Virus record (IMG/VR): IMGVR_UViG_3300042691_053485 | Span: 1-64,000 of that record | DNA: 64,000 nt | Strand: one strand, 5' to 3' | DNA from: a virus | Shown here: in pieces, positions 29,360 to 38,185 of the stretch | Layout of the letters: every line of letters starts with the position of its first letter | Position numbering within the stretch: position 1 is the stretch's first letter | Translations under genes and position numbers: made by a program | Notes under the pieces: model-generated | What the model saw: only the letters and a program-made list of their open reading frames with translations | Database searches by the model: none | Told to the model about the DNA's origin: nothing

Positions 29360-31135
29360 TTGCTTATGAAAGAGCAGATTAAAAAGGAGGAAATTCTTAA
29401 AGAATATGCGATAGGGCTAATGAATCCTTCGTTTATTATTGAGAAGTATATGAAAACTGTGGACTTAACTCGGGGTGGTTATGTTCCTTTTAAGTTGTTT
29501 CCAAGGCAAAAGGAAATTGTATCTGCCTATGAAACTTATCGACATAACCTTGTAACCAAACCGCGTCAAACAGGTGTGTCAACAACTACTCAAGCTTACC
29601 TTGCAGTAAAGGCTGCCTACGCTGATGAAAAACGCCCTGAGGTAATTATGATTATTGCAAATAAGTTTGCATCAGCGAAAAAGTTTCTTCAGGGAATTAG
29701 ACAATTCCTAAGATTTCTTCCTCGTTGGGTTTGGGGGGATTATTGTGATGATACTAAAGAAAGTGAAGGTTATATAAAGGGTAAGGGTTCAACTGAAACT
29801 TTGGAACTTTTAAACGGTACTATAATTAAAGCTGTTGCGACATCGCCTGACGCTTTGAGGGGGTGGACACCAACATTCCTAGTTATAGATGAGGCAGCAT
29901 TCGTTGAAACATTTGCTAAGGAACTTTATACAGCCTCAATGGCGGCCTTAAGCACAGGGGGTAAAATGATTTTGATTTCCACACCTAATGGTAAGGATGA
30001 ACTTTATTACAGGACTTATGCCGCAGCAAAAGCGGGGGAAAATGAATTCAATGTGGTTCAACTGCAATGGTATGAAGACCCAAGATATAATATCGGACTT
30101 GTATGGAGGAAGGACGATGGGACAGGGAAAGAGGAGGTTGTACCTGAGAAAGATTTCACCCTCTCGTCATTCGCCCACATGGTGAAACAAGGGTATAAAC
30201 CCTTTGCCCCTTGGTATAAACGTATGTGTGCGGATTTGAACAACGATAAACTATCAATTGCAAGGGAGCTTGACGTAAAATTTGAGGGTTCGGCGGGAAC
30301 AGTTGTTGAACAAGATTGGATTGACTACCATCAAAGAAATAATGTTAAAGACCCCGAATCTAAACATGAAAATGAGGATAGGCTTTGGGTTTTTTCACCA
30401 CCACAAGAAGGACACTTGTATATTATGGGTGTTGATGTGAGTAGTGGTACTTCAGATGACTATTCAGCCATTATTATCATTGATACAACAACGGGGGAGC
30501 AGGTTTTAGAGTATAAAGCTAAAGTTCGTCCTGAATATTTAGCTGAAATTATAAATTCTTGGGGTAGAATATACTCTGCATTAACAGTTATTGACACAAC
30601 AGGTGGCTATGGTGACAACTGTATTTATAAACTTCAAGAGTTTAACTATCCCCATTTATACTATTCCAAAGGAACTATTGAATTTCTAAAGAAGAAACCG
30701 GATGTTATGCCTGCTGATGATAAATTAGTTGCAGGGTATAAAATAAGCTCCAAAAGACCTCAAATTGTGGGTAAACTCACAAGTGCGATTGAGTCTAACG
30801 ATTTTATAATTAGGTCAAGCAGGTTTATTGCAGAACTTGAAACTTTTGTTTGGGTTAATGGTCGACCGGACCACACACCGGGGTGTAATGATGACCTTAT
30901 TTTTGCGGCAGCTCTTGCACTATGGATTTTAGAAACAGAGTTTAAAAGCTTGGAGAAAGCGAAAGCTCAAAGTAAAGCAATTCTATCTGTTTTATCGGGG
31001 AATGGTGGAGAAGAAAGAACCCCAATGGAAAAAGTTCTTCCTGACACGAAAAATAGTAATAAGGATGATAAGAAAAATCAAATATATCGTTCCGCACAAG
31101 ACCCGACAGGGGCTTATAGTTGGCTTTTCAGATAA
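29360..31135 (+). CDS. terL: Terminase large subunit (T4 gp17-like)
   Basis: KPRQTGVST Walker A, LVIDEAAF Walker B, MGVDVSSG and NDDL nuclease motifs. Confidence 0.95.
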   Translation: MLMKEQIKKEEILKEYAIGLMNPSFIIEKYMKTVDLTRGGYVPFKLFPRQKEIVSAYETYRHNLVTKPRQTGVSTTTQAYLAVKAAYADEKRPEVIMIIANKFASAKKFLQGIRQFLRFLPRWVWGDYCDDTKESEGYIKGKGSTETLELLNGTIIKAVATSPDALRGWTPTFLVIDEAAFVETFAKELYTASMAALSTGGKMILISTPNGKDELYYRTYAAAKAGENEFNVVQLQWYEDPRYNIGLVWRKDDGTGKEEVVPEKDFTLSSFAHMVKQGYKPFAPWYKRMCADLNNDKLSIARELDVKFEGSAGTVVEQDWIDYHQRNNVKDPESKHENEDRLWVFSPPQEGHLYIMGVDVSSGTSDDYSAIIIIDTTTGEQVLEYKAKVRPEYLAEIINSWGRIYSALTVIDTTGGYGDNCIYKLQEFNYPHLYYSKGTIEFLKKKPDVMPADDKLVAGYKISSKRPQIVGKLTSAIESNDFIIRSSRFIAELETFVWVNGRPDHTPGCNDDLIFAAALALWILETEFKSLEKAKAQSKAILSVLSGNGGEERTPMEKVLPDTKNSNKDDKKNQIYRSAQDPTGAYSWLFR

Positions 31136-31156
31136 TCAAATTAAATTAAAATAAAA

Positions 31157-33559
31157 ATGTCAAACGAAATTGTAACAAAATATAAGAAGCTGACTAAGAG
31201 CTTTCTAACAGATACGCCGAGCGTTGATACACCTCAAGGTGGGTTTTATAAGGCAAAGGATAAGCAGGATTATGAGACAAAGAAGTTAGAGAGGCAGCAA
31301 TCAAAATTTCTAAAATCACAATGGCAGAAGGTAAAATCGCATATTCAGCAAAAGTCACTCATTTATGAGTCACAACGCTACCCTTCCTATTTAGATTATG
31401 AATTAATGGAGCACTACCCAATTATTGGGCAAGCCCTTGACATCTTAATGGAAGAATCTACTACTCCAAATAAAGATGGTAAAATTCTTAACATCTACTC
31501 TGAATCAAAAAGAGTTGAAGAGGAATTGAGGGAACTGTTTTATAATCGGTTAAATATCCATACCAATCTTCCAATGTGGATAAGAAATATGCCTATTAGA
31601 AAGGATTCGATGATTCCAATAATCGGTGAAGGGGTGATGTCAATTGAAGAAGTTTCGAATCGAGTAAAATCAGGAGACCAATTACAAACTTATGCTGTGC
31701 AAGCCGGAACCGGTAATCTTGTTTCAGGGAAAATTGTATGGTGTGATTTAACTCGTAAAAATTCAAAGCTTATTAGGGTAACTTTATCGGACGATACATT
31801 TATTGACACAACCCCCGACCATGAATACCTATTAAAAAATGGCGATTTAGTGTCTGCTTGCGATTTGATGGTTGATGATGTTCTTATGACATTCAAGACG
31901 ACTTCAAATGAAAATGTTGAAACCCCTAATGAAGTTAAAATTCCGCTTTCGGTAAAATCAGTGATTTCATTAGATGAAACAGATGATGTGTTTTGTATGG
32001 AAGTTCAGGGGTTCAATGGAGAACACGATAGACATAATTTCCCGATATGCTCCAAAAATGAAGCAGGTGGATATAGTTTAAGTGGTGTTTTTGTGTCAAA
32101 TTGTAAATATGGTGACAATTTTGTTTATTTACAGATTCATGATGAATATGGTATTGTTGGTGCAAAACAATTGGCTAATATTGAAGTTGAACGAGTTGAG
32201 GGTACAAATCAAAATGGAATGAAATATTATTTGCAGAACTCTGAAGATGAAGTTATCTTCAGATGGAAAGCGACTGATATTGCTGAATTTAAGTATTGGC
32301 AAATTGCACACTTCAGGTTGCTTGTTGATGACAGAAAAATACCCTATGGTGTTTCAGTATTGGAAAAGGCAAGACGGATTTGGAAAAATCTATTGCTTGT
32401 TGAAGACGCTATGCGTACAATTAGACTATTCAGAGCAATAGATAGGAGGATTTACTATGTAAATGTCGGTAATATTGACCCTAGTGATGTGCAAGGTTAT
32501 GTGGAGGATATTGCAAGTAGATTTAAACGAAAGCGGCATATTGACCCCGCAACTGGTCAAGAGGATTTAAAGTTTAATGTTATGGGTGTAGACCAAGACA
32601 TCTTCATCCCGATTCGTGAGAAGGATGATGGGACAAGAGTCGATACCCTTGCCGGCTCATCAAATGTATCTGAAATCGCAGATATTGAATACGACTTAAA
32701 TCAACTATTTGCGGCTCTTGGAATTCCTAAACCATTCTTGCAATATGAGGATACAGCCGGGGAAGGAAAAAACCTTGCGATGCAGGACATTCGTTTTTCA
32801 AGGAAAATAAATCGCATCCAACAAGCAGCATTACAAGAATTAAATAAAATTGCAATGGTTCATCTATTGCTTATTGGCTTGGATGATGAGTTGCATAATT
32901 TTGAATTAACGTTGAACAATCCTTCGACACAATCAGAAATGATGCGAACTGAACATAATGCAGCAAAAATTTCAGCTTTTAAAGATGCAGTTAGTGACGC
33001 AAATGGGAAGGGAATTGCTGCTATGTCAGTAACCGAGGCTATGAAAGAAATTTTAGGCAAAACCGATGAAGAAATTAAGCTTTCCTTACAACAACAATTT
33101 ATGGAAAGGGTTATGTCTGCGGAAATTGATAAGGCAGCGGAAAGTGTTTCAACTTCAACCCTCTTCGATAGCCTATTGAAACTGTATGGAACAGAGTCCA
33201 CAGGTGATAAACCTGTTTCAACACCTGAAGGTGAGGAAGGTTCATCAGAATTTGATTCCGGCGGAGGTGGAGGCGGCGGAGGTGGATTTGGAGGGTTTGG
33301 TGAAGACTTAGGTAGCGATGCAGACCTAGGATTAGACGTTGAGGGTGAGGAAGGATTAGGTACAGAAGGCGGTACAGAAACGCTTCCAGGCTTAGAAGAA
33401 CCCACCACAGGTACTGTAGGTGGAGCTGAAACTGAAGCTGCCACAGAAACCCCGGAAACAACTGAAAATGTTGGGGAATCTTTTGAAAATCATAAAAAAG
33501 ATAAACTAATAACAGAAAAAATGTTACGCATTTCAGACATGATGAAAAAAATCAAATAA
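31157..33559 (+). CDS. gp20: Portal protein (T4 gp20-like) containing a mini-intein
   Basis: CKYGDNF, HFRL, PYGVSVLEKARRIWKNL..VEDAM..RL.RA..RRIYYVNVGN, GTRVDTLAG, FAALGIPK. Confidence 0.93.
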   Translation: MSNEIVTKYKKLTKSFLTDTPSVDTPQGGFYKAKDKQDYETKKLERQQSKFLKSQWQKVKSHIQQKSLIYESQRYPSYLDYELMEHYPIIGQALDILMEESTTPNKDGKILNIYSESKRVEEELRELFYNRLNIHTNLPMWIRNMPIRKDSMIPIIGEGVMSIEEVSNRVKSGDQLQTYAVQAGTGNLVSGKIVWCDLTRKNSKLIRVTLSDDTFIDTTPDHEYLLKNGDLVSACDLMVDDVLMTFKTTSNENVETPNEVKIPLSVKSVISLDETDDVFCMEVQGFNGEHDRHNFPICSKNEAGGYSLSGVFVSNCKYGDNFVYLQIHDEYGIVGAKQLANIEVERVEGTNQNGMKYYLQNSEDEVIFRWKATDIAEFKYWQIAHFRLLVDDRKIPYGVSVLEKARRIWKNLLLVEDAMRTIRLFRAIDRRIYYVNVGNIDPSDVQGYVEDIASRFKRKRHIDPATGQEDLKFNVMGVDQDIFIPIREKDDGTRVDTLAGSSNVSEIADIEYDLNQLFAALGIPKPFLQYEDTAGEGKNLAMQDIRFSRKINRIQQAALQELNKIAMVHLLLIGLDDELHNFELTLNNPSTQSEMMRTEHNAAKISAFKDAVSDANGKGIAAMSVTEAMKEILGKTDEEIKLSLQQQFMERVMSAEIDKAAESVSTSTLFDSLLKLYGTESTGDKPVSTPEGEEGSSEFDSGGGGGGGGGFGGFGEDLGSDADLGLDVEGEEGLGTEGGTETLPGLEEPTTGTVGGAETEAATETPETTENVGESFENHKKDKLITEKMLRISDMMKKIK
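31592..32101 (+). other. 170-aa mini-intein (Hint domain, no homing endonuclease) starting with Pro
   Basis: Interrupts WIRNM|CKYGD; block B TTPDHEY, block F VFCMEV, block G HNF...VFVSN|C. Confidence 0.85.
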
Positions 33560-33582
33560 GATTTATATTTATAAGAAAAAAA

Positions 33583-34278
33583 ATGAAAAACTACGCATTA
33601 ATAGTTCAAGGATTAACAGATTTACTTCAAGAGTCATATACACAAAATGACAAACACAACACATCAAAACTTTTGAATAAGCTTGTTGAAAATAGCGAAT
33701 TAAAAAAGCTTTATGCAGTTGTTGATAATTTGAAAAGGGGTACTCCGGACGAAGAAGAGGTTGAAGCATACATCAATGAAAACATTAGATTTGCATCAGA
33801 AATAAAATACAATAAAATTCCTTATCCATTTGATGCAAAAGTTGAATCTGATGACCCCTTATACAATGCCATTGGGGTAATTTTGTTTGAAAAGAAAAAT
33901 GCTTTCAATCTTGATAGATTTAATAGTGCATATAAAACAGTTAAGCAAAATCTAATCGAATCGGTGAGGCAAAAGAGAGAAATTGACAGCACTCAAAAAC
34001 AATTATCTGAAAATCTAAAGGTTATTGATAAGAAGGATAAAATGCTTGTTGAAGCTATCATCCAAGCTGCACCTGAACAAAAAGTTGCAATTTTTGAGGC
34101 GGCAAAACGTGATTGTATTACACTCATCGACTCTCACATCAAAGAAACAGAGGAAGTTGAACTCAAATTAAAAATGTACGAAACAAAAGATGTTATTTTG
34201 TCAATGGATTACCAAGACAAATCCTTTGCACATGACATCGCTAAAATTTACAATTTTACAAAAGAATTATCATGTTAA
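33583..34278 (+). CDS. Hypothetical head-module protein
   Basis: 231-aa helical protein after portal; TATTTATA at 33566-33573. Confidence 0.75.
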   Translation: MKNYALIVQGLTDLLQESYTQNDKHNTSKLLNKLVENSELKKLYAVVDNLKRGTPDEEEVEAYINENIRFASEIKYNKIPYPFDAKVESDDPLYNAIGVILFEKKNAFNLDRFNSAYKTVKQNLIESVRQKREIDSTQKQLSENLKVIDKKDKMLVEAIIQAAPEQKVAIFEAAKRDCITLIDSHIKETEEVELKLKMYETKDVILSMDYQDKSFAHDIAKIYNFTKELSC

Positions 34279-35105
34279 TTACACATAAAAGTCAGGGATT
34301 TCAAAAGAATATTTTATTTAATCTTTTGAAGGAATTAGGATTCAGCGATATTGAATCTTTTCAATCAAAATATGGTCTTGCAGTTGATGGCGTTTTTGGA
34401 ATGAAATCTTATGAGAAGTTATATAATCTTCTTTTGAATCCTGAAAAAATTCCATTTGAGGGGTTTTATTTCAAGCAAGTTTTTCCTAAAAAGCAAATAA
34501 TTTGGCATCATTCAGCAGGATGGGATAATGCTAGGGGTATGTTTGATTGGTGGAGAACCGATAAATTGTTTCATGTTGCAACAGCAATTGGTATCAGCGA
34601 TAACGGAAAGGTATCCCAAGGATTTGACGAACAGTATTGGGCAGCATCAATTGGCTGTAAAAATAATGTATTTTCAGCTAATGGTGTTCCATTCATTTAT
34701 CGAAACGGTATAATTTCAAATAATCAAATGTTAGACGAGCAGGCAGTTGCAGTTGAAATTTGTAATTGGGGTTCACTATCAAAGCAAGGTGACAAATTTT
34801 TCTCATGGTCAGGCGCTGAAGTGGCAAGAGAAAGAGTTATAGAATTAGATTATAAGGGATATAAATTCTTTGAGATTTATACAGATTCTGAAATCAAATC
34901 TCTCAAATATTGGTCACTTTTGAATGGTATGCGTTTTGAAATACCATTAAATTATTCTTACAATGATATGTTTACAGTTAGTAAAAATGCACTTAGCGGA
35001 AAATCTGGCTTGTACACACACAATTCCTATAGATTTGATAAAAATGATGTCGCTCCCCAACCGAAATTGATGGATATGGCGACTAAGCTACAAGAATATA
35101 TGTAA
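34272..35105 (+). CDS. Endolysin: PG-binding domain plus N-acetylmuramoyl-L-alanine amidase (Amidase_2)
   Basis: FQSKYGLAVDGVFG; IIWHHSAG; AVEICNWG; THNSYRFDKNDV.P. Confidence 0.85.
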   Translation: MLITHKSQGFQKNILFNLLKELGFSDIESFQSKYGLAVDGVFGMKSYEKLYNLLLNPEKIPFEGFYFKQVFPKKQIIWHHSAGWDNARGMFDWWRTDKLFHVATAIGISDNGKVSQGFDEQYWAASIGCKNNVFSANGVPFIYRNGIISNNQMLDEQAVAVEICNWGSLSKQGDKFFSWSGAEVARERVIELDYKGYKFFEIYTDSEIKSLKYWSLLNGMRFEIPLNYSYNDMFTVSKNALSGKSGLYTHNSYRFDKNDVAPQPKLMDMATKLQEYM

Positions 35106-35110
35106 AAATT

Positions 35111-35140
35111 AAAATAAAATAAAATAAAATAAAATAAAAT
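35111..35140 (+). repeat. (AAAAT)6 tandem repeat running into the start codon
   Basis: Six perfect copies, the last overlapping ATG 35139. Confidence 0.9.
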
Positions 35141-35702
35141 GGCAGGACAAAAACCTAATGAATTTAATGTTATAACACCAACAGGAGTGACAGAACTATA
35201 CTCTCAGACTAATGGTATAAATGGTAAATTCACGCTATCCCAACTACTAACCTTTATATCATCTAGTTTCCCACAATTAGTAGGGTGGAGCGATTTGGAA
35301 ATGGATATATCAGCCTCCCAAATCTTATCAATGGGTACAAATCCGATTGAAATACTACCGGCACCCGGAATTGGAAAATATTACATTTACCATGGCATCT
35401 TTGAATTCACATTTAACTCGTCTCAATACATATTTGGAGGAACTGAAGGCTCACCATACATATATGATTCGAAGTATGGGGGGACGGTTATGTCTTCACT
35501 CGTTGGTGGATTACAAAACTCTATAACACCATTCTCTAACTATACTCCGAATCAAACGAATGCAGCTGAATTAACAGCAACTGTAACTTCACAGGCTATA
35601 AACTCTGCAATTTATTTGAGTACATGGAATGCGGGTAATCCAACTCTTGGAGATGGCACGTTAAAGCTTAAACTGAAATATAAGATTTGCGATTTTGGGT
35701 AA
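35139..35702 (+). CDS. Hypothetical virion-type protein, paralog of 2906..3457
   Basis: MAGQKPNEF, LPAPGIGKYY, GDGTLKLKLKY. Confidence 0.75.
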   Translation: MAGQKPNEFNVITPTGVTELYSQTNGINGKFTLSQLLTFISSSFPQLVGWSDLEMDISASQILSMGTNPIEILPAPGIGKYYIYHGIFEFTFNSSQYIFGGTEGSPYIYDSKYGGTVMSSLVGGLQNSITPFSNYTPNQTNAAELTATVTSQAINSAIYLSTWNAGNPTLGDGTLKLKLKYKICDFG

Positions 35703-35746
35703 TGTTTTTCGTTTAATTTAGATTTATCTATATTAAAGAAAAAACA

Positions 35747-36091
35747 ATGTTATTCAGAGTTGAACAAGAGCAGGATGACTCATTTTTAAACTTAAAACTC
35801 GAAGGATGGGTTTCACCTAAAGCTGATGTACATAATTGGCTTACAGTTGTCAAGGGATTGGAAAAGGAATTAAGGAAACTAACGTATGAAGCTTCAATTT
35901 CTTTAGGGTTTAAAAAGTTCATTGTTGATGTTGACTTGAGAAGCTCAGGCATTAAATTGGGTAAAAAATCATATTTGAAAACGAATATAGTGCTTGAGCA
36001 AAAGGATAAAATAGACATCGACAGACTTTTAGGGTATTATAATTACTTTTTTGAGAGTAATTGCCATTTTGAAATGACACCTGAAAAATAG
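35747..36091 (+). CDS. Hypothetical protein
   Basis: 114-aa ORF between structural genes. Confidence 0.65.
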   Translation: MLFRVEQEQDDSFLNLKLEGWVSPKADVHNWLTVVKGLEKELRKLTYEASISLGFKKFIVDVDLRSSGIKLGKKSYLKTNIVLEQKDKIDIDRLLGYYNYFFESNCHFEMTPEK

Positions 36092-36102
36092 AAAAAGTTC
36101 TT

Positions 36103-36126
36103 AGCCGCCAATTGGCGGCTTTTTTA
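36103..36126 (+). terminator. Intrinsic terminator
   Basis: AGCCGCCAATTGGCGGCT plus T run. Confidence 0.8.
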
Positions 36127-36163
36127 TTTGTAAGAAGTTGAATATTTATATTTAAACTTCAAA

Positions 36164-36934
36164 ATGAAAGTACTTCCAAGGAATTGTAAATCCGGCTATG
36201 GATTGATGATAGAGTATGATGCAGGTGTTATCCATACTTCAGATAATACACACTTATTACGCGAGCTTAAAGAAGCCAAAGAAAGTGGGCTTGACTTAAA
36301 AAACCCTAAAGTTTATGGGGTTATGCAAAAATATGGTGTTGAAAATCGTAACGGCAGAATATACCCTGAAAGTGTATTAAAGCGTGAAGTAGAAAATTAT
36401 ATGAAACTTGTTGAAATGGGTGCATCCGCCGGACATTCTATGCACCCTGAAAGCGCAGTTATTGAAATCCCTGAAGTTTCGATGCGGATAACAAATCTTT
36501 GGTGGGAAGGTAGAAACCTTATGGGAGAAATATATCTACCTGTAACAAGGGGATATATTGAAATGGGTGTTATATCACATCCCGCAGATAAACTTGCACA
36601 TGATATGATTCATGGTTTTCAATATGGTGTTTCAAGTCGTGGTGTCGGCAGTTTGGAAAATAAAGGTGGTAAAAATATAGTACAGGATGATTTCGAGCTA
36701 ATTTGTTGGGATTTTGTAACTACACCTTCAACCAAGGGGTCTTGGGTGTTCTCTGATAAAAAAATGGCTGAACCCTTTAAGGAAAGTTACGATTCAAAAA
36801 ATGACTACATCGAGGATTTAGTGCAAGATACTGAAAAGCTTGATGCTTGGGATTTTATGCTAAAACGTAATCGTGAAACACAAAATATTGCAAAAAAGAA
36901 TAAAATAAGTCAACTTTTTAATGGTTTTAAGTAG
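36164..36934 (+). CDS. gp21: Prohead core protease (T4 gp21-like)
   Basis: ENRNGRIYP, GHSMHPE (usually GELDHP), GVSSRGVGS, WDFVTTPST. Confidence 0.92.
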   Translation: MKVLPRNCKSGYGLMIEYDAGVIHTSDNTHLLRELKEAKESGLDLKNPKVYGVMQKYGVENRNGRIYPESVLKREVENYMKLVEMGASAGHSMHPESAVIEIPEVSMRITNLWWEGRNLMGEIYLPVTRGYIEMGVISHPADKLAHDMIHGFQYGVSSRGVGSLENKGGKNIVQDDFELICWDFVTTPSTKGSWVFSDKKMAEPFKESYDSKNDYIEDLVQDTEKLDAWDFMLKRNRETQNIAKKNKISQLFNGFK

Positions 36935-36994
36935 AAATCATTAGAAAATCATACTTTTTTAAAAACACAATATATTTATTTTAAAATTACTTCA

Positions 36995-38161
36995 ATGTCA
37001 AAAGGCAACTTAAAATTGGAAGAATTGCTGTTGCAAGCAAACAGCCTTAATGAGCAAACTGCCAAAGCTAGCACTAATTCCAAAAAAATATATGAAAACA
37101 CTGTCGCTTCAGTTCTCAGAGAGTTTATTGATGAGGCTATTGAAGATGAAAGTGAACAAGAAGAAACTGACGAATTTGATGAAACAGAAGTAGATGATTC
37201 CGGTTCAGAACTAGAAGGCGACACTGATGCAGAAACCGAAGTAGACGACCTTGAATCAATGGACGATGAAACTGAAGTTGAAATCGACATGGATTCAGAC
37301 GATGAAGAAGGCGATGAAGAATTCAGTGATGAAGAATCTGATGAAGATATGCCTATTGATTTAGGTGCTGATGCGGACGAACCTGATTTTGACACACCTG
37401 ATATGGGTATAGATATGGGAGGCGAAGAAGATGTCATGGATTTGACTAATGCCTCAGAAGAAGAAGTGCTACAAGCATTAAAAAATCTCCCTGACAATGC
37501 CGTTATTCAAATTGTGAAAAAATCATCTTTTGATGTTAACACTTCCGGCGGAGCAAGTTCAATGCCAACAGAGTACCCTTCTGATGATTACATGGGCGGG
37601 GAAGATGGAGAATTTGAGGGTGAATCCGAAGAAGAAATGGGCGAAGAAGAACCAGTCTATGAGTTTGTTAAAAACCGTAAACAGGTACTTCCACAAGGTA
37701 AACGTCAAAATGATAGCAAAGTTGTTGCTGAAAATCAAATGCTCAAGAGCAAATTAGCGAAAATGCAACGTGAAATGAAAACGTTGATGGAAAATGAGCA
37801 AAAAGCCGTTGAAATGCTGAAAAAAATGATGAGTAATGCAAATAAGCTCGCGATTGTTAATAACAACTTAATGAATGCAACCAAATTGTTTACTGAGCAT
37901 TCAACGACAAAAAATGAAAAATTGGACATCATTAAGCGATTTGACTCCGCAAAAACAATAAATGAGTCAAATCTTATCTTCCAAATGATGACTGAATCAT
38001 TTCAAACTCGTACAGTTAAAAAACCAATCAACGTAAATTCTAAGGATAAAGTCGAAATCAGCAAGCCTTCGATTGTAAAAGAGGAGCGAACTTTCACGAT
38101 TGACGATGAAAAACCTGAAAACAAGATTATGCGAATAATGAATTACAAATCCACACTTTAA
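36995..38161 (+). CDS. Prohead scaffold protein (gp22-like)
   Basis: Highly acidic N-half and coiled-coil C-half, between protease and capsid genes. Confidence 0.75.
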   Translation: MSKGNLKLEELLLQANSLNEQTAKASTNSKKIYENTVASVLREFIDEAIEDESEQEETDEFDETEVDDSGSELEGDTDAETEVDDLESMDDETEVEIDMDSDDEEGDEEFSDEESDEDMPIDLGADADEPDFDTPDMGIDMGGEEDVMDLTNASEEEVLQALKNLPDNAVIQIVKKSSFDVNTSGGASSMPTEYPSDDYMGGEDGEFEGESEEEMGEEEPVYEFVKNRKQVLPQGKRQNDSKVVAENQMLKSKLAKMQREMKTLMENEQKAVEMLKKMMSNANKLAIVNNNLMNATKLFTEHSTTKNEKLDIIKRFDSAKTINESNLIFQMMTESFQTRTVKKPINVNSKDKVEISKPSIVKEERTFTIDDEKPENKIMRIMNYKSTL

Positions 38162-38185
38162 AAAAAAAACAAACACTAATAAAAA

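Noticed and set aside
32860-37497. Ser-rich antisense ORFs (32860..33444, 36976..37497, 27586..27810)
   Set aside because: They are reverse complements of acidic GAA/GAT-rich coding regions.
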